From: a virus
Taxonomy: Duplodnaviria; Caudoviricetes
Virus record (IMG/VR): IMGVR_UViG_3300020036_003099
Span: 1-64,000 of that record
Reading direction: 5' to 3' (one strand)
Length of the DNA stretch: 64,000 nucleotides
Within the stretch, counting starts at the first letter, position 1; each line of letters begins with the position of its first letter. This document shows, piece by piece, positions 1-10,084 of this stretch. Made by a program: the position numbers and the translations under genes. The notes beneath the pieces were generated by a model that was not told the origin of the DNA, ran no database searches, and saw only the letters and a list, made by a program, of their open reading frames with translations.

Positions 1-1490
1 AGTTTTCCATCAGCCCCTGTAGCGTATGGCCTATCAAAAATATCAATGTCATTCCACGCAGTTCTTACAATCGTACCGTCATACCAAACGCGATCCAGGT
101 AGTTATAAACCACATAACGGCTGTTTTCTATTTCGTTGTTAGCAGGATAAAACCACCAAACCTCGTCAAACTCCGTGTTGGCACCGGCATGTACTTTTTC
201 TTTTTGGTCAAAATTTAAAGAACCTTCGCTGTTAGGGGAAAAGATGTATTTTTGAAGGGAACAGAACAACGTTTGAACAACACCATCGTACTGGTAAAAA
301 CCTGTTGGGGACATCCAAAAAACAACACCGTTTACATCCACGGCAGCGTGTTGAGAAACAATCCCAGGGATTTTACCCAGGTTGTCGAAAGAGAAGACAA
401 AGTCTCCACCGATTCGACGCATAGAGTGTAGGGCTTCGTCTGTAAAGATAACGATTTCGCGGCGTGTCTTGAGAGCTGTAGAGATAAAAGAGCCGGATTC
501 AAGCCTAAAAGAACCCGCTTGGTTTGTCGCTGCGGCAGTCCAAACGTTATAATTTTCACTATCACTCCAACGAATCAAAAGCGGATCAAAGATACCAGAC
601 ACATTGTGCGTTCCAAAAGCCACAACGTGACGTGCGGGTTGAGCTACAAGCATAAAATTTACGACACTGGGGGCTGCTGAAGAAATTACTCTGGCCCGTG
701 TGTCTAAGCCATCAGAGGCGACCCAGGTATAGATTTTACCGCCTTTAGGGTTAGCCAAAAGGTCTTCACCCCAGTTGTCCAGGGACCATTGGCGAAGCTC
801 GGTGCCTACGCCAGAACCACCGCGAGGACGACCCCAACCGGCGCTTAAACTGGTACCCACAGAAACCCCTGGGGTTCCCCAAGTACCTGCACCCCAACCG
901 GCAGCAAACCCGTTGTCAGCGTCACCGGAGTCCAAAAGGAACTGAAAAACAGCAGCACCGCCACCTGCGGATACACAGGTTGTAGCGGAAGTCGAGGATT
1001 CGATGATGAAGTAATTCGTACCAGCAGATACAATCTGGTATTCACTTAAAAGGTTTATACCGCCTATGCTGGCTGTGGTTGCGAAAAGAACGTAGTCACC
1101 CGTGCTGCGGTTGTGACCGTCCACACAAACAGTGATAAAAGATGAGCCTGAAGTTACATGAAAGGGGTTTGAAACGGAAGCGGAGCTTTCAATCGGTGTA
1201 ACATCGGTAATCTGTCCACCGTTGTATATCTCCAGTTTTTCGTTCGTACCTACAGCAATATATTTGTCTGAAGCAAGATCAGCCCAGGTAAGCATATCTC
1301 TAGGTACTCCTATGAAAGCTTCAGGTGTTGTTTGCTCTTTGGTCCAGCCACCTATTTTTTCAGGGCGCTTGTAACGAAACCTTACGTGGTCACAATCTAC
1401 ATACTGACCCTCGGCATCATAATCGGTTGTATTGCGATTAATACCGGGAGCAATGTTTATCTTCTGAATTTGTGTGTCAGAGCTACTCAT
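1..1490 (-). CDS. Virion structural protein (tail/head-closure type), 3'-truncated by window edge
   Basis: Not in ORF track. ATG at 1490 gives MSSSDTQIQKINIAPGINRNTTDYDAEGQYVDCDHVRFRYKRPEKIGGW; the same frame is open at the window edge (AWNDIDIFDRPYATG); lies in the structural operon. Confidence 0.7.
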   Translation of the reverse strand, partial: MSSSDTQIQKINIAPGINRNTTDYDAEGQYVDCDHVRFRYKRPEKIGGWTKEQTTPEAFIGVPRDMLTWADLASDKYIAVGTNEKLEIYNGGQITDVTPIESSASVSNPFHVTSGSSFITVCVDGHNRSTGDYVLFATTASIGGINLLSEYQIVSAGTNYFIIESSTSATTCVSAGGGAAVFQFLLDSGDADNGFAAGWGAGTWGTPGVSVGTSLSAGWGRPRGGSGVGTELRQWSLDNWGEDLLANPKGGKIYTWVASDGLDTRARVISSAAPSVVNFMLVAQPARHVVAFGTHNVSGIFDPLLIRWSDSENYNVWTAAATNQAGSFRLESGSFISTALKTRREIVIFTDEALHSMRRIGGDFVFSFDNLGKIPGIVSQHAAVDVNGVVFWMSPTGFYQYDGVVQTLFCSLQKYIFSPNSEGSLNFDQKEKVHAGANTEFDEVWWFYPANNEIENSRYVVYNYLDRVWYDGTIVRTAWNDIDIFDRPYATGADGK

Positions 1491-1494
1491 GGAC

Positions 1495-2640
1495 TTAAGT
1501 TTTAATCATCCAGGTTACAACTTTATAGGGTGCTAAGGTAACCGTGTGGGTGTGCGTTCCACTTGCTGAGATAGTGTGTGAGTGACCGCCACCTGAACCT
1601 GTTGTCGCTGTTGAACCTGTAATGGAGACAGTGCTTGACGAAGCAGTTGATGTTTTTCCTAAAGTTGCACCAGGATCACTACCGGCAGAAGATTGTTTTA
1701 TTGTGTACTGCTCGTTTACGGTAGACACCGTATCGTTGTACGCAGCTGCGCGGTCTGCCGTTAAAGCAGCTCTACCTGCACCATCTGTGCTAAAAACTGT
1801 GTGGTAGTGGGCGGCGGCAGTGCCTGTGAGAGTACCAGCGGCGTGACTGTGAGATGGAATGTCAGCTTCTAAAAGTGTGTAAGAACCTGTAGAGCCACCG
1901 TGGCTGTGGTCACCGCTGGCACCTGTAACAGTCGCTCCGGCGTAAGATCCACCAGAAGCTGTCAAAGAACCTGTTATGTTTGTCTTCGGAGTACCCGAGT
2001 CGTCTTGATTGGCACCTATAACAAGAACATCCCTTAAATCAGGAACGTTGAATGTTGTGGTGCCGTTACCTGACCCATGTAAGGTACCAATAGCTGCAAA
2101 CAAAGCCGCATACGTCGAACGAGAAACAGCTTGACCATTACAAAACAACCAGCCACTAGGAATAGAAGCGATTGTACCAGCCCAAGGTTGGAGCATTCCT
2201 GGTTGAAATATTCGTGTGCTATCTGTCGTAGAAGCAACGTTAGCCACTTTTATAACGTTAGTACCATCACAAGCTACAATCATTCTGTCGCCAGCGGCGA
2301 GGTCAACGCTGCTACCCGAACCCGTTGATATTGTCACGGTATAAGACCCACTGTAATCAGAGAGTATTACATACATTTTGGATTTAGAAGGAATGAAAAC
2401 GCTTAGATCACCACTTACAGTTCCTGTTAACTGCAGAATCATGTTACGGGCTTCGTCAGAAGCACCGTTTAAAGTCGTTAAAGTGTGGTCTGCGGAGCCG
2501 GATATGTTTTCTGTGTGCATACCTGCTATAGAGTCTTCAATTAACTGAAAATTGGTGTCAGCCAGGTCCCCCCAGGTGAACTCGTTTTCCCCGTTGGCCT
2601 GGTCAATAAAACGTAGAAGGCTTGTGTATGTGCTAGGCAT
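1495..2640 (-). CDS. Tail fibre protein with phage tail-collar domain
   Basis: Collar motif GMLQPWAGTIASIPSGWLFCNGQAVSRSTYAALFAAIGTLHGSGNGTTTFNVPDLR; G/S/T/H-rich C-terminus. Confidence 0.8.
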   Translation of the reverse strand: MPSTYTSLLRFIDQANGENEFTWGDLADTNFQLIEDSIAGMHTENISGSADHTLTTLNGASDEARNMILQLTGTVSGDLSVFIPSKSKMYVILSDYSGSYTVTISTGSGSSVDLAAGDRMIVACDGTNVIKVANVASTTDSTRIFQPGMLQPWAGTIASIPSGWLFCNGQAVSRSTYAALFAAIGTLHGSGNGTTTFNVPDLRDVLVIGANQDDSGTPKTNITGSLTASGGSYAGATVTGASGDHSHGGSTGSYTLLEADIPSHSHAAGTLTGTAAAHYHTVFSTDGAGRAALTADRAAAYNDTVSTVNEQYTIKQSSAGSDPGATLGKTSTASSSTVSITGSTATTGSGGGHSHTISASGTHTHTVTLAPYKVVTWMIKT

Positions 2641-2652
2641 TTAAAATCTCGG

Positions 2653-3315
2653 CTATACTTTACCGGACAAGGTGTTTTGTTCGGGGTTTTGAGGTGTTTT
2701 CGCGCTATCACGTCTCGAACGTCTAGCTTCGTTATTCAAGCTTTCTAGAGCTCGTGCGTATTTGGTTTCCCAAACGGCGTCTCTCGTGCTGTAGTCTTTC
2801 ATAAACTCTGCCATGTTTGACATAGTAGCGTAATACAAGGCGTCAGGGCAGCGAAGAGAGAAATAATTTGTCGATGTAGAAGCGTTTAAATGTTCGACAT
2901 CTTTGACGCAGTTAATTGTGAAAACAAAGTTTTGATCTGGGGGTGGTGCCAGCATCCAGGCTGCGCTGTCCCAGTTGGAGAAATATTTAGGCTGTCCTAA
3001 AACAGAAGGGTTGGGCCAATAATCTTTCATAAAACTGGCAGTTTTCATTACGGGGAAAACAGCGCTTGAAGATACATTGTAAAACATATCTTGCACTACG
3101 CGGTACCCTTCAGGTTTGAATAAAAACTGAGATCCTGACGTAGCTGTGACAGAAACCACTTCTGAAACACCGTCCGTGTCCAGCTCTTTCATTAGTCTTT
3201 CTTCTGCTAAATAAATAGCTGTAGGAATGAAAGCTGTGAACTCAGAACTGTCGTCTTCAGCCAAAGCTGCAATCGCAGAAACCAAGCCATCATAGTTTGT
3301 AGGTAGTAAAGACAT
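2653..3315 (-). CDS. Putative head-tail adaptor / virion protein
   Basis: NYDGLVSAI...FIPTAIYLAEERL N-terminal pattern of podophage adaptor proteins; position in structural operon. Confidence 0.55.
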   Translation of the reverse strand: MSLLPTNYDGLVSAIAALAEDDSSEFTAFIPTAIYLAEERLMKELDTDGVSEVVSVTATSGSQFLFKPEGYRVVQDMFYNVSSSAVFPVMKTASFMKDYWPNPSVLGQPKYFSNWDSAAWMLAPPPDQNFVFTINCVKDVEHLNASTSTNYFSLRCPDALYYATMSNMAEFMKDYSTRDAVWETKYARALESLNNEARRSRRDSAKTPQNPEQNTLSGKV

Positions 3316-3323
3316 AAGGGTGT

Positions 3324-4832
3324 TTAAACCACGCGCATAAACATGTACGGAGCAAAGCCGCCGCCGCCGAAGGACAAGGAGCTTGCTGAAGCAGGTAAAG
3401 AAGAAACAGTAGCCGCCATATAAGCAACACCATCTTGAGCCGTTGCACCTGTAGTGCCGTTTTTCCAGCTGTCAACACCAGCGTACACAAGTGTAGGGTT
3501 ACCTGTACCACCCAAAGCGCGGCAACCTAGCCAGTAAGTACCTGGGAAAACTGTAACGGATACTGTGGCTTCTTTTATTCCAATTGTCGTGAAAGGAACT
3601 GAGCTGGACTCAAAGATTTTTGCTCCAGGAGCGCCAGCAGAGTCAGCGTAAAGACCAAAAACACCGTTACAGCCAGCAACAGCACCGTCCACGACAACAC
3701 CTACACGCGTCCAAACCTTTTTCTCTGGGCAAACCCAAGGGGCCATCCAAAGAACGCTCGAAGTCATCGGTGTGGCTGAAAACAAGGCATTAATACCTTC
3801 AATACCGTAATACCTGTTATTCGCAACTGTTAGGCGGTTTCTAGGAACTACTTGTTGTAAACCAACTTCGGCTATACCGTCCGTCCTGAAAATCCAGTCA
3901 GAGTTGGAGTTGAACCCAAAATATTTGTTCTGGTATTGACCGTGATTTGTTAAAGGAGCCATATAGAACCCTACGCCGTAGAGTGCTGTGCCTCCTGCAG
4001 AGTTTTCTGCACAAGTATCAAAAGCTGTGATAAAAGCAGAAGCTACGTTGGCTGTACCTCTGTTCACACCAACACGACCTTCAACACCGATAACCAGCGC
4101 ATCAGTGCCTAGGGCATCCTTATAACCATAACCAATAACACCACCGTAATGTCCTACACCAGATATGTCGGCAGAAACCCCTACGTGGTTCGTTTTACCA
4201 AAAACAGCAAAGCGAACTGCTTGAGTGCCAGCAGCAGGAGACCAGTTGTACTCTACGAAGTTGTACCCAACATCCGAAAAGGTGCCCATGGCAACCAAAG
4301 ACGAAGAACAAGAAACTGAAATCTTTTGACCTGTGTATTGGATTCCCAAAGTGGCTGACGTAAAAGGTATGTCTGTAAATTTAGCGAAAGCTGAAGAAGA
4401 GGTTTTTGTCAGGTAGAGTGCGTCAGCCTCTGCTGGTTTCATAAAGGCAGAGGAAGATGTCTTGGTTAAGTATAAAGCATCAGCTTCAGTCTGTTTGATA
4501 AACGCCGAAGAAGAGACCTTGGTTAAATATAAAGCGTCCGCTTCAGTTTGCTTCATGAAGGCCGAGGAAGATGTTTTGGTTAAAAACAAGGAGGCCGCTG
4601 AGGCTGAAGTTATAAATCCAGAACCGTCAACAATACCTTGGGCCAAAGCTGAGGCTTCGGCGGAAGTAACGAAAGAATCAATGTCGGCGGAAGTAATAAA
4701 ACCTAAGCCCGTAGCAACTTGAGATAGAGTAGCCCTGCGGACACCCACGTTTTGAGAAATCAAAATGGAGTCTGTTGTTGAAACTTCAGTGGCTTGGGTA
4801 AACGTGTTACCGTCGTTCTTTATAAAACTCAT
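3324..4832 (-). CDS. Tail fibre/spike-like protein with internal 19-aa repeats
   Basis: Repeats of EADALYLTKTSSSAFMKQT; Gly/Ala/Ser-rich body; structural operon. Confidence 0.55.
   Translation of the reverse strand: MSFIKNDGNTFTQATEVSTTDSILISQNVGVRRATLSQVATGLGFITSADIDSFVTSAEASALAQGIVDGSGFITSASAASLFLTKTSSSAFMKQTEADALYLTKVSSSAFIKQTEADALYLTKTSSSAFMKPAEADALYLTKTSSSAFAKFTDIPFTSATLGIQYTGQKISVSCSSSLVAMGTFSDVGYNFVEYNWSPAAGTQAVRFAVFGKTNHVGVSADISGVGHYGGVIGYGYKDALGTDALVIGVEGRVGVNRGTANVASAFITAFDTCAENSAGGTALYGVGFYMAPLTNHGQYQNKYFGFNSNSDWIFRTDGIAEVGLQQVVPRNRLTVANNRYYGIEGINALFSATPMTSSVLWMAPWVCPEKKVWTRVGVVVDGAVAGCNGVFGLYADSAGAPGAKIFESSSVPFTTIGIKEATVSVTVFPGTYWLGCRALGGTGNPTLVYAGVDSWKNGTTGATAQDGVAYMAATVSSLPASASSLSFGGGGFAPYMFMRVV
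4387..4620 (-). repeat. About four tandem 57-nt coding repeats
   Basis: Protein repeat ADALYLTK(T/V)SSSAF(M/I)K(Q/P)(T/A)E with synonymous divergence. Confidence 0.85.
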
Positions 4833-4838
4833 TAGGGT

Positions 4839-5186
4839 CTACTCCGGGTCTTCTTCAGCTAAAGCTGGTTGTGGATCTTCAGTGATAATTAGGAAAGTGC
4901 CATCTTCAAAAAAGATGTAATTGGGTTTTGGATCAGTCACGTCTCGTCTAACATTTTTAAGACCGATAGCCTCGCGGGTATCAGCAGGGAAGTTTTGGGG
5001 GTGATCTACACGGTTCCACATGCCATCAGATTCAGATTTATGAACAAACAAGTTGGTACCCGGTTCAAAGATCATCTCTCTGTAGGGAAACCTGAAACCA
5101 GAGCGGTCAGAAATAGCCCAGGCATGTTTACCTGTGGCCCATTTATGACTAGAACGTCTGTTGTTTTGTTTAGGTCTTTGCGACAC
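4839..5186 (-). CDS. Hypothetical virion-associated protein
   Basis: 115-aa ORF abutting neighbours; GKHAWAISDRSGFRFPY motif. Confidence 0.65.
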   Translation of the reverse strand: MSQRPKQNNRRSSHKWATGKHAWAISDRSGFRFPYREMIFEPGTNLFVHKSESDGMWNRVDHPQNFPADTREAIGLKNVRRDVTDPKPNYIFFEDGTFLIITEDPQPALAEEDPE

Positions 5187-5887
5187 TAGGAACCTAAAAT
5201 AGTTTTACTGGCAGGGTAAACACTGTAATCAATTCTTTCTCTGTCTTCTTCCAAAGCTAGCTGCAAAGCCTCTAGATACTCACTCTTGTAGTAAAGAACA
5301 GTTTGAAGATCTGCTTGTCTAATTTCAGACATTTTCCAACGCAACCCGTTAACAATCGCCTGTAGGTACCTGGTAGAAAAGTCCACCAGCTGGTAGCTTT
5401 TGGTTATATCGGCTACTTTCACACAACTCCAAGTAATAAACTTATAAGTTTGTGCGTTTGGTACCGGCCAAAAGTTGACGGTTAATTCATCTCTTTGACG
5501 ATCCACCATAAATTGTGTGGGGCGACCCACAGTATCTTTAATCGGGATCTCTAACCAGTCAGCTAAAGATATTCTTTGTATGGGTATGTCTAAAACTTGT
5601 GTAGAAGAAGACGTGCGAATAATAGCATCAAAGACATTCAAAGTGGAAGACCCCAAGGAATATCCTAAAGAACTAGCCGAAGTCAAAGGAACGACAACTT
5701 GCTCCATTGAAGCAAGAGGAACCATCCCTCTATTTTGCATGTCTATGAAAAGAAGGTTTAAAGCTCTACGCGCCAATCTGGATTCGAACTGCGTGACGTG
5801 TTCACCACCTAAGCCCTCCAGGGCTTGCTCGATGATTTCATCTACAGGTAAATCAAAAGTTTTTGTCGTTCCTACCGTTTCAACCAT
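5186..5887 (-). CDS. Putative tail tubular / head-tail connector protein
   Basis: GTTKTFDLPVDEIIEQALE N-terminus and GRPTQF..R....T..FWPVP motif typical of podophage connector proteins. Confidence 0.55.
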   Translation of the reverse strand: MVETVGTTKTFDLPVDEIIEQALEGLGGEHVTQFESRLARRALNLLFIDMQNRGMVPLASMEQVVVPLTSASSLGYSLGSSTLNVFDAIIRTSSSTQVLDIPIQRISLADWLEIPIKDTVGRPTQFMVDRQRDELTVNFWPVPNAQTYKFITWSCVKVADITKSYQLVDFSTRYLQAIVNGLRWKMSEIRQADLQTVLYYKSEYLEALQLALEEDRERIDYSVYPASKTILGS

Positions 5888-5890
5888 GTG

Positions 5891-8029
5891 CTATCTCTTA
5901 AATATACCTGCTTTAGTTATTTTAGTTGTCAAGCTAGAGGAGGTCGTGCTGTCAGCTATTGATACCAAACGCCACTCAAGAGACATTCCTGAGCCGGATG
6001 AAATAGCCAAATCAGGAGTAAATATTGTATACACACCGGGTGTGGAGTAGGTTTCAGCCAACAGCAGGTTAGATCCTGAGTTACCGCTACCATCAAAACC
6101 CCTGGTGGTTACTTTTGTGGGTACACCTGTGCCGGTTAAGCGTAGCTCCAATCTGAATTCAAAAACGTTAGAAGGTGTAGAAGGTATTTCAACTTCAGCC
6201 AAACCGTACACAGTATCACCCACTGAGAAACCAGAAGACGTTGTTTGAGACAATCGCATTTCATCAGTTGCCCCACCAGAAGTTATGTTTTGTACCAGCT
6301 GTTGGACATCACCTGTCGCTTTCGATCCTGTGCGGTTCTGCGCTGTATTGACGCCTGTAAGCGTATAACCAGTCGCAACAGAACCTGTAGCGTTAGACCC
6401 TGCTGTACCCCCTGTACCCGACAAAGTTGGATTCGACAAAAGGTTACCTGTAGTGTAATTCACAGTGTTGTTACCGTAGTACGAAACCAAAGTGTCTTTA
6501 ATCTTTTTACCAACAGCGTAGGCACCATAAGGACCAAAGTGAAGATCGTCGTAAGCCATGTTTGCTACTATTCCTCCTGCTCCATCAGTCGTAGCGGCGT
6601 AGGCGTCAACGCAAACACAGCGGCCCAATCTGGTTCCGTGTTGAGCCATAATCCAGGCGTTTACAGTGTCCATAGTCGCTTTCGCTGTCACAATCTGAGG
6701 GGCTGTGAGGGTTGACCAGTTAGACCTGGCGGTGATCGTGCTCCAAATTAAACGCTTACCTAAAACAAGACAGTTGTAATCCGCGATTTGGTTCAAAGAG
6801 CTTATAATAGCCGAAGGTGAGGCTGTAAGGGCCACAATGTCATTTGTACCACCCATAAAGAAAAGAGTGTCGTAAGTAATCGCTGGAAGATCTGTAGTCA
6901 TACGGGAAACCATCTGGACAGTTGTGTTTCCTGCTATACCCAGGTTGTTTGCCGGTAAAGGAAATTTCATACGGTTTCCAGCTAAGGCGTTATACCAAGT
7001 GTAAGCTCCAACATTCTCCAGGTTTTCGTCTGTTGTGCTTCCGCCGATATCCATGTAGGCCGTGATGGAATCACCTAAAGCTGCTGCGGTGATGTTTCCG
7101 GTTAGCAAAGGAACGGCCACAGGTCCATTTGCAGCAGTCGGTGGCGTGGATTTGTAAGGGTGCCAAGAGGGTAGGTTGGAAGTTAAGCCGTGTTTCCAAG
7201 CCAAGTAACCTTCCATCTCGTAAGCGTAAGTGTCGTCGGTGCAAATGATAATTTCGTATATATCACCTGTCATAAAAGCACCTGCGGAGGTTCTCAGTAA
7301 ACAGCCTACCGCAAATCTGTTTAGAGTCAAACTGCCGGATCGTGTAATACCTACAATGGTTGTTCCTGCCGTTCCATCCAAATAGCCAGCCATAGCCAAG
7401 CCGCTGTCCACAAGACGCACCAGATTTTTTGTACCGTCATAGGCTGTTATCGTATTTCCGGTAACGTTCGAAGACAGAACGCCAGCTGCGTCATTTCTTA
7501 AAAAAAGAATGTTGTCTGAAGAAGCTGCTGTAGCCTTTACACCAAATTGGTAAACAGGGCTACCCGAAGACGAGCTACCCTCAGCTATGATCCCTGTGCC
7601 GTTCTGCGTGGGAATGTTACAAACCATGTAAATGGCGACTTTACCGTTTGCGTACATCCAGGGGGATGAATTGAACAGGTAGTCACCACCGTCAAAAGAC
7701 ATTTTTGTTCCATCCCAAGTGGGTCTCAAGGTGGAAGCCCCTGCCTGTGCCAAGTGTCTTGCGTTGGTCGATTTGTCGTTCCAAGCAGAGCAAACTCCTG
7801 CGGGGGCTGTGATGGTAGCTGCGTCAGTTGCATCGTACCAAGCGCCTAGTTTTGAGCCAGCGTTTGTTGGAGAAAAGGGTACGGCAGATTCACCACCAAC
7901 ACCTGATAAGTTGGAGGAAACATTAGACAAAAGAGTGCTGAGAAGGTTGGACGAAATAGAGCGCAAAACAGGGAGAGCCCTAAAGGATACCCACAACAGT
8001 TGCTGTGCCAGAAGCACCGACTTTTTCAA
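5891..8029 (-). CDS. Virion protein with LamG/concanavalin-like domain and SGNH/GDSL hydrolase domain (start uncertain)
   Basis: LGDSIT block I, GIAGNTT block II, GGTND block III and DDLHF block V; N-terminal WYDATDA..WNDKS LamG-like motif. Confidence 0.75.
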   Translation of the reverse strand: MKKSVLLAQQLLWVSFRALPVLRSISSNLLSTLLSNVSSNLSGVGGESAVPFSPTNAGSKLGAWYDATDAATITAPAGVCSAWNDKSTNARHLAQAGASTLRPTWDGTKMSFDGGDYLFNSSPWMYANGKVAIYMVCNIPTQNGTGIIAEGSSSSGSPVYQFGVKATAASSDNILFLRNDAAGVLSSNVTGNTITAYDGTKNLVRLVDSGLAMAGYLDGTAGTTIVGITRSGSLTLNRFAVGCLLRTSAGAFMTGDIYEIIICTDDTYAYEMEGYLAWKHGLTSNLPSWHPYKSTPPTAANGPVAVPLLTGNITAAALGDSITAYMDIGGSTTDENLENVGAYTWYNALAGNRMKFPLPANNLGIAGNTTVQMVSRMTTDLPAITYDTLFFMGGTNDIVALTASPSAIISSLNQIADYNCLVLGKRLIWSTITARSNWSTLTAPQIVTAKATMDTVNAWIMAQHGTRLGRCVCVDAYAATTDGAGGIVANMAYDDLHFGPYGAYAVGKKIKDTLVSYYGNNTVNYTTGNLLSNPTLSGTGGTAGSNATGSVATGYTLTGVNTAQNRTGSKATGDVQQLVQNITSGGATDEMRLSQTTSSGFSVGDTVYGLAEVEIPSTPSNVFEFRLELRLTGTGVPTKVTTRGFDGSGNSGSNLLLAETYSTPGVYTIFTPDLAISSGSGMSLEWRLVSIADSTTSSSLTTKITKAGIFKR

Positions 8030-8318
8030 TGCGGATGGCTTCTACAGGACCGTTGACCACGGTTGCAAAAGAGTTTGTTGCTGTCGTGTATGAAGAGGAA
8101 CCTGCTGAAACCGTGTCCTCTAAATGCGAGAAAAGAAGGGTTTTTGTATCTGGATCATAAAAATTCGTGTAGATGTTGATTTCAGCACCTGAAGTCAAGT
8201 ATCCGTAAAGATTGCGCTGGAGTCCACCAGAATCAAAGCGATAGTCGCAAGGGTAAGTTCCCGACGAAGAGGCCGTTGTCGCAGCATTTAAAAAGATGTG
8301 TTTTGTTCTTGTTTGCAT
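7980..8318 (-). CDS. Hypothetical protein
   Basis: 112-aa ORF downstream of capsid gene. Confidence 0.6.
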   Translation of the reverse strand: MQTRTKHIFLNAATTASSSGTYPCDYRFDSGGLQRNLYGYLTSGAEINIYTNFYDPDTKTLLFSHLEDTVSAGSSSYTTATNSFATVVNGPVEAIRIEKVGASGTATVVGIL

Positions 8319-8332
8319 GGTCTTGGATTAGG

Positions 8333-8361
8333 TTTACTAGGGGAATCCTAAGGGGTATAAT
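8333..8361 (+). promoter_or_regulatory. sigma70-like promoter, antisense to late operon
   Basis: TTTACT(8333-38)-17 nt-TATAAT(8356-61). Confidence 0.5.
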
Positions 8362-8395
8362 TCGTGGAGTTAAGTTTAACAGATTTGGTTGTGAA

Positions 8396-8430
8396 AGGAA
8401 AAGAAAAGAGGACCACTTAGGGTCCCCTTT
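8396..8430 (-). terminator. Rho-independent terminator after major capsid gene (possibly bidirectional)
   Basis: GGACC(8410-14)/GGTCC(8421-25) stem; long U tract on minus strand, short CCTTTT on plus. Confidence 0.6.
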
Positions 8431-8469
8431 AGAAAGTTATTTAGTGTGGTTGCAATGGTACGCCTAGGA

Positions 8470-9402
8470 TCATGCCCCAGTGCTTCCGTACCACTGTCTC
8501 CAATCACTCCAACCAAGTGAGTATCTTTCACGGGCTTTGTAGCGCATGTTACCGGTATCAAAGTCTCCCTCTTGGCCTTGCGAAAGGGCAACGCGTTCGA
8601 AGTATTTGGTACCGTTAGGAGCATCCGTACGGATAAACCAAGCGTCAGGATCGGTAAAGCGGTTGTTAACGTAGCCACCTTTACGGAACATTCCCATGTT
8701 TTTCAGTGCATTGATGTCGTTGACGTTCGTTACACCGGTTGTCGAGTTGGTAGCCGTGGTCGTAGACAAGCTAGATTTAAGGATACGTTCCAAGATGAAC
8801 ATGTTGAAAGGCGCGATGTGAATGGACTCGGCTTTGGTGTTAATCAAAACACCTCTTTCATCTTTGAAAGCAGCGATGTCAATAATAGCTGTCTCAAGAG
8901 ACGTTTCAGAGATATCCGCGTGGTTCACAGGGCGGTTCGTTTGGTTACCCGTAAGAGTTGGGTGAACATCCGTGATCAAACAAGCACCATCACCACCCAA
9001 ATAGGAAGTAGAAAAGGCGTTGTTAAAGATATCCGCAGCGCGTTGTTGTTTGGTAACAGCCAAGGCACGACCCAAAGCTTTCGCTTTCATACGGGAGGTT
9101 TCAGCGTAAAGGTTATCCTCTACGGCTTCTTCGGTGATCGAAAACCCTAGAGCAATCGTCGTGTGAGTATACGTTGCCGTGTAGGTTTCTTTCATGTCGT
9201 CGTAGAAAATGCTTTGACCTTCGAATTTCTCAGGGGCAGTTCCCAGACCGGTAAACATCACTTCTTGTTCAAAAGATCTGTTAGATTTTTCTTTGTCAAA
9301 AAGAACAGTGTGCTGATTTTCAATGCTTCCGTAGGCTGTCCCGAAGATAGCGTTTAGACCAGGAATCAGCTGCTTGCTTATCTGACCGCGTGTAATAGTC
9401 AT
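8470..9402 (-). CDS. Major capsid protein
   Basis: MTITRGQISKQLIPGLNAIFG..., GFSITEEAVEDNLY, C-terminal GDFDTGNMRYKARERYSLGWSDWR motif; follows portal and scaffold. Confidence 0.9.
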   Translation of the reverse strand: MTITRGQISKQLIPGLNAIFGTAYGSIENQHTVLFDKEKSNRSFEQEVMFTGLGTAPEKFEGQSIFYDDMKETYTATYTHTTIALGFSITEEAVEDNLYAETSRMKAKALGRALAVTKQQRAADIFNNAFSTSYLGGDGACLITDVHPTLTGNQTNRPVNHADISETSLETAIIDIAAFKDERGVLINTKAESIHIAPFNMFILERILKSSLSTTTATNSTTGVTNVNDINALKNMGMFRKGGYVNNRFTDPDAWFIRTDAPNGTKYFERVALSQGQEGDFDTGNMRYKARERYSLGWSDWRQWYGSTGA

Positions 9403-9425
9403 AGTAGTTTATTTTCCGCTAGATA

Positions 9426-10019
9426 CTAAAGTTCTTGAACTGAGCCGAAACGGGCCAGTTTAACTTCAACAGCAATAGGGCCTTGACCCCAAGCTACGTT
9501 TTGAGTGCCGTACAGTCCGAGAACCGTAACCATGTAACCACCGGAAGTACCAGCCGAAGCCACACCGTCGATAACACATTGAGAGCGTCCGTTAACGACA
9601 GAGCCGATAGCCGACATTTTATACGTACGACCTACAGCGGAGACCTGAAGGACAGCTGAGGTAGCAGTACGGACAATGTAAGTGTTGTCTTCGTCGTCGT
9701 AAACTTTACCGTAAACGCGGGCTTCACCGTTAAGAACGGGAACTCCACCTTTAGAAGATGTACCGGCTACGAAGTCTTTCGTGAACTGAAGTTGACCCGT
9801 AACTGGGTCTACGTACTGGCAACCACCGAAAACGCCGTAGCAGTTTTTTGCGTTCGTGGCGATTACAATGTAACCTGCGGATAGTGCAACTGGATCACCT
9901 TCACCAATAGCTGTGGCGTATCCATTACGAATCGGGTAGGTGTTAAATCCACACGAGTTGTACTGGCTTCCGAGCTTACGGGCGGGGGTGAATCCTTTTT
10001 GAATGTCTATGAAAGGCAT
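9426..10019 (-). CDS. Putative capsid decoration / minor head protein
   Basis: Gly/Ala/Val-rich 197-aa protein directly upstream of MCP. Confidence 0.5.
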   Translation of the reverse strand: MPFIDIQKGFTPARKLGSQYNSCGFNTYPIRNGYATAIGEGDPVALSAGYIVIATNAKNCYGVFGGCQYVDPVTGQLQFTKDFVAGTSSKGGVPVLNGEARVYGKVYDDEDNTYIVRTATSAVLQVSAVGRTYKMSAIGSVVNGRSQCVIDGVASAGTSGGYMVTVLGLYGTQNVAWGQGPIAVEVKLARFGSVQEL

Positions 10020-10084
10020 AGTTTAAAGTTTCCCTTTTTATTTTATTTAAAGTACAAAAAGGCAAACATTCGCCTCTTTAGTTA

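Noticed and set aside
8572-9150. 192-aa plus-strand ORF antisense to the capsid gene (also 5517-6050, 6245-6715, 7719-8093, 52248-52673 and similar)
   Set aside because: They overlap well-supported genes on the opposite strand, have no recognisable motifs or RBS, and are typical shadow ORFs
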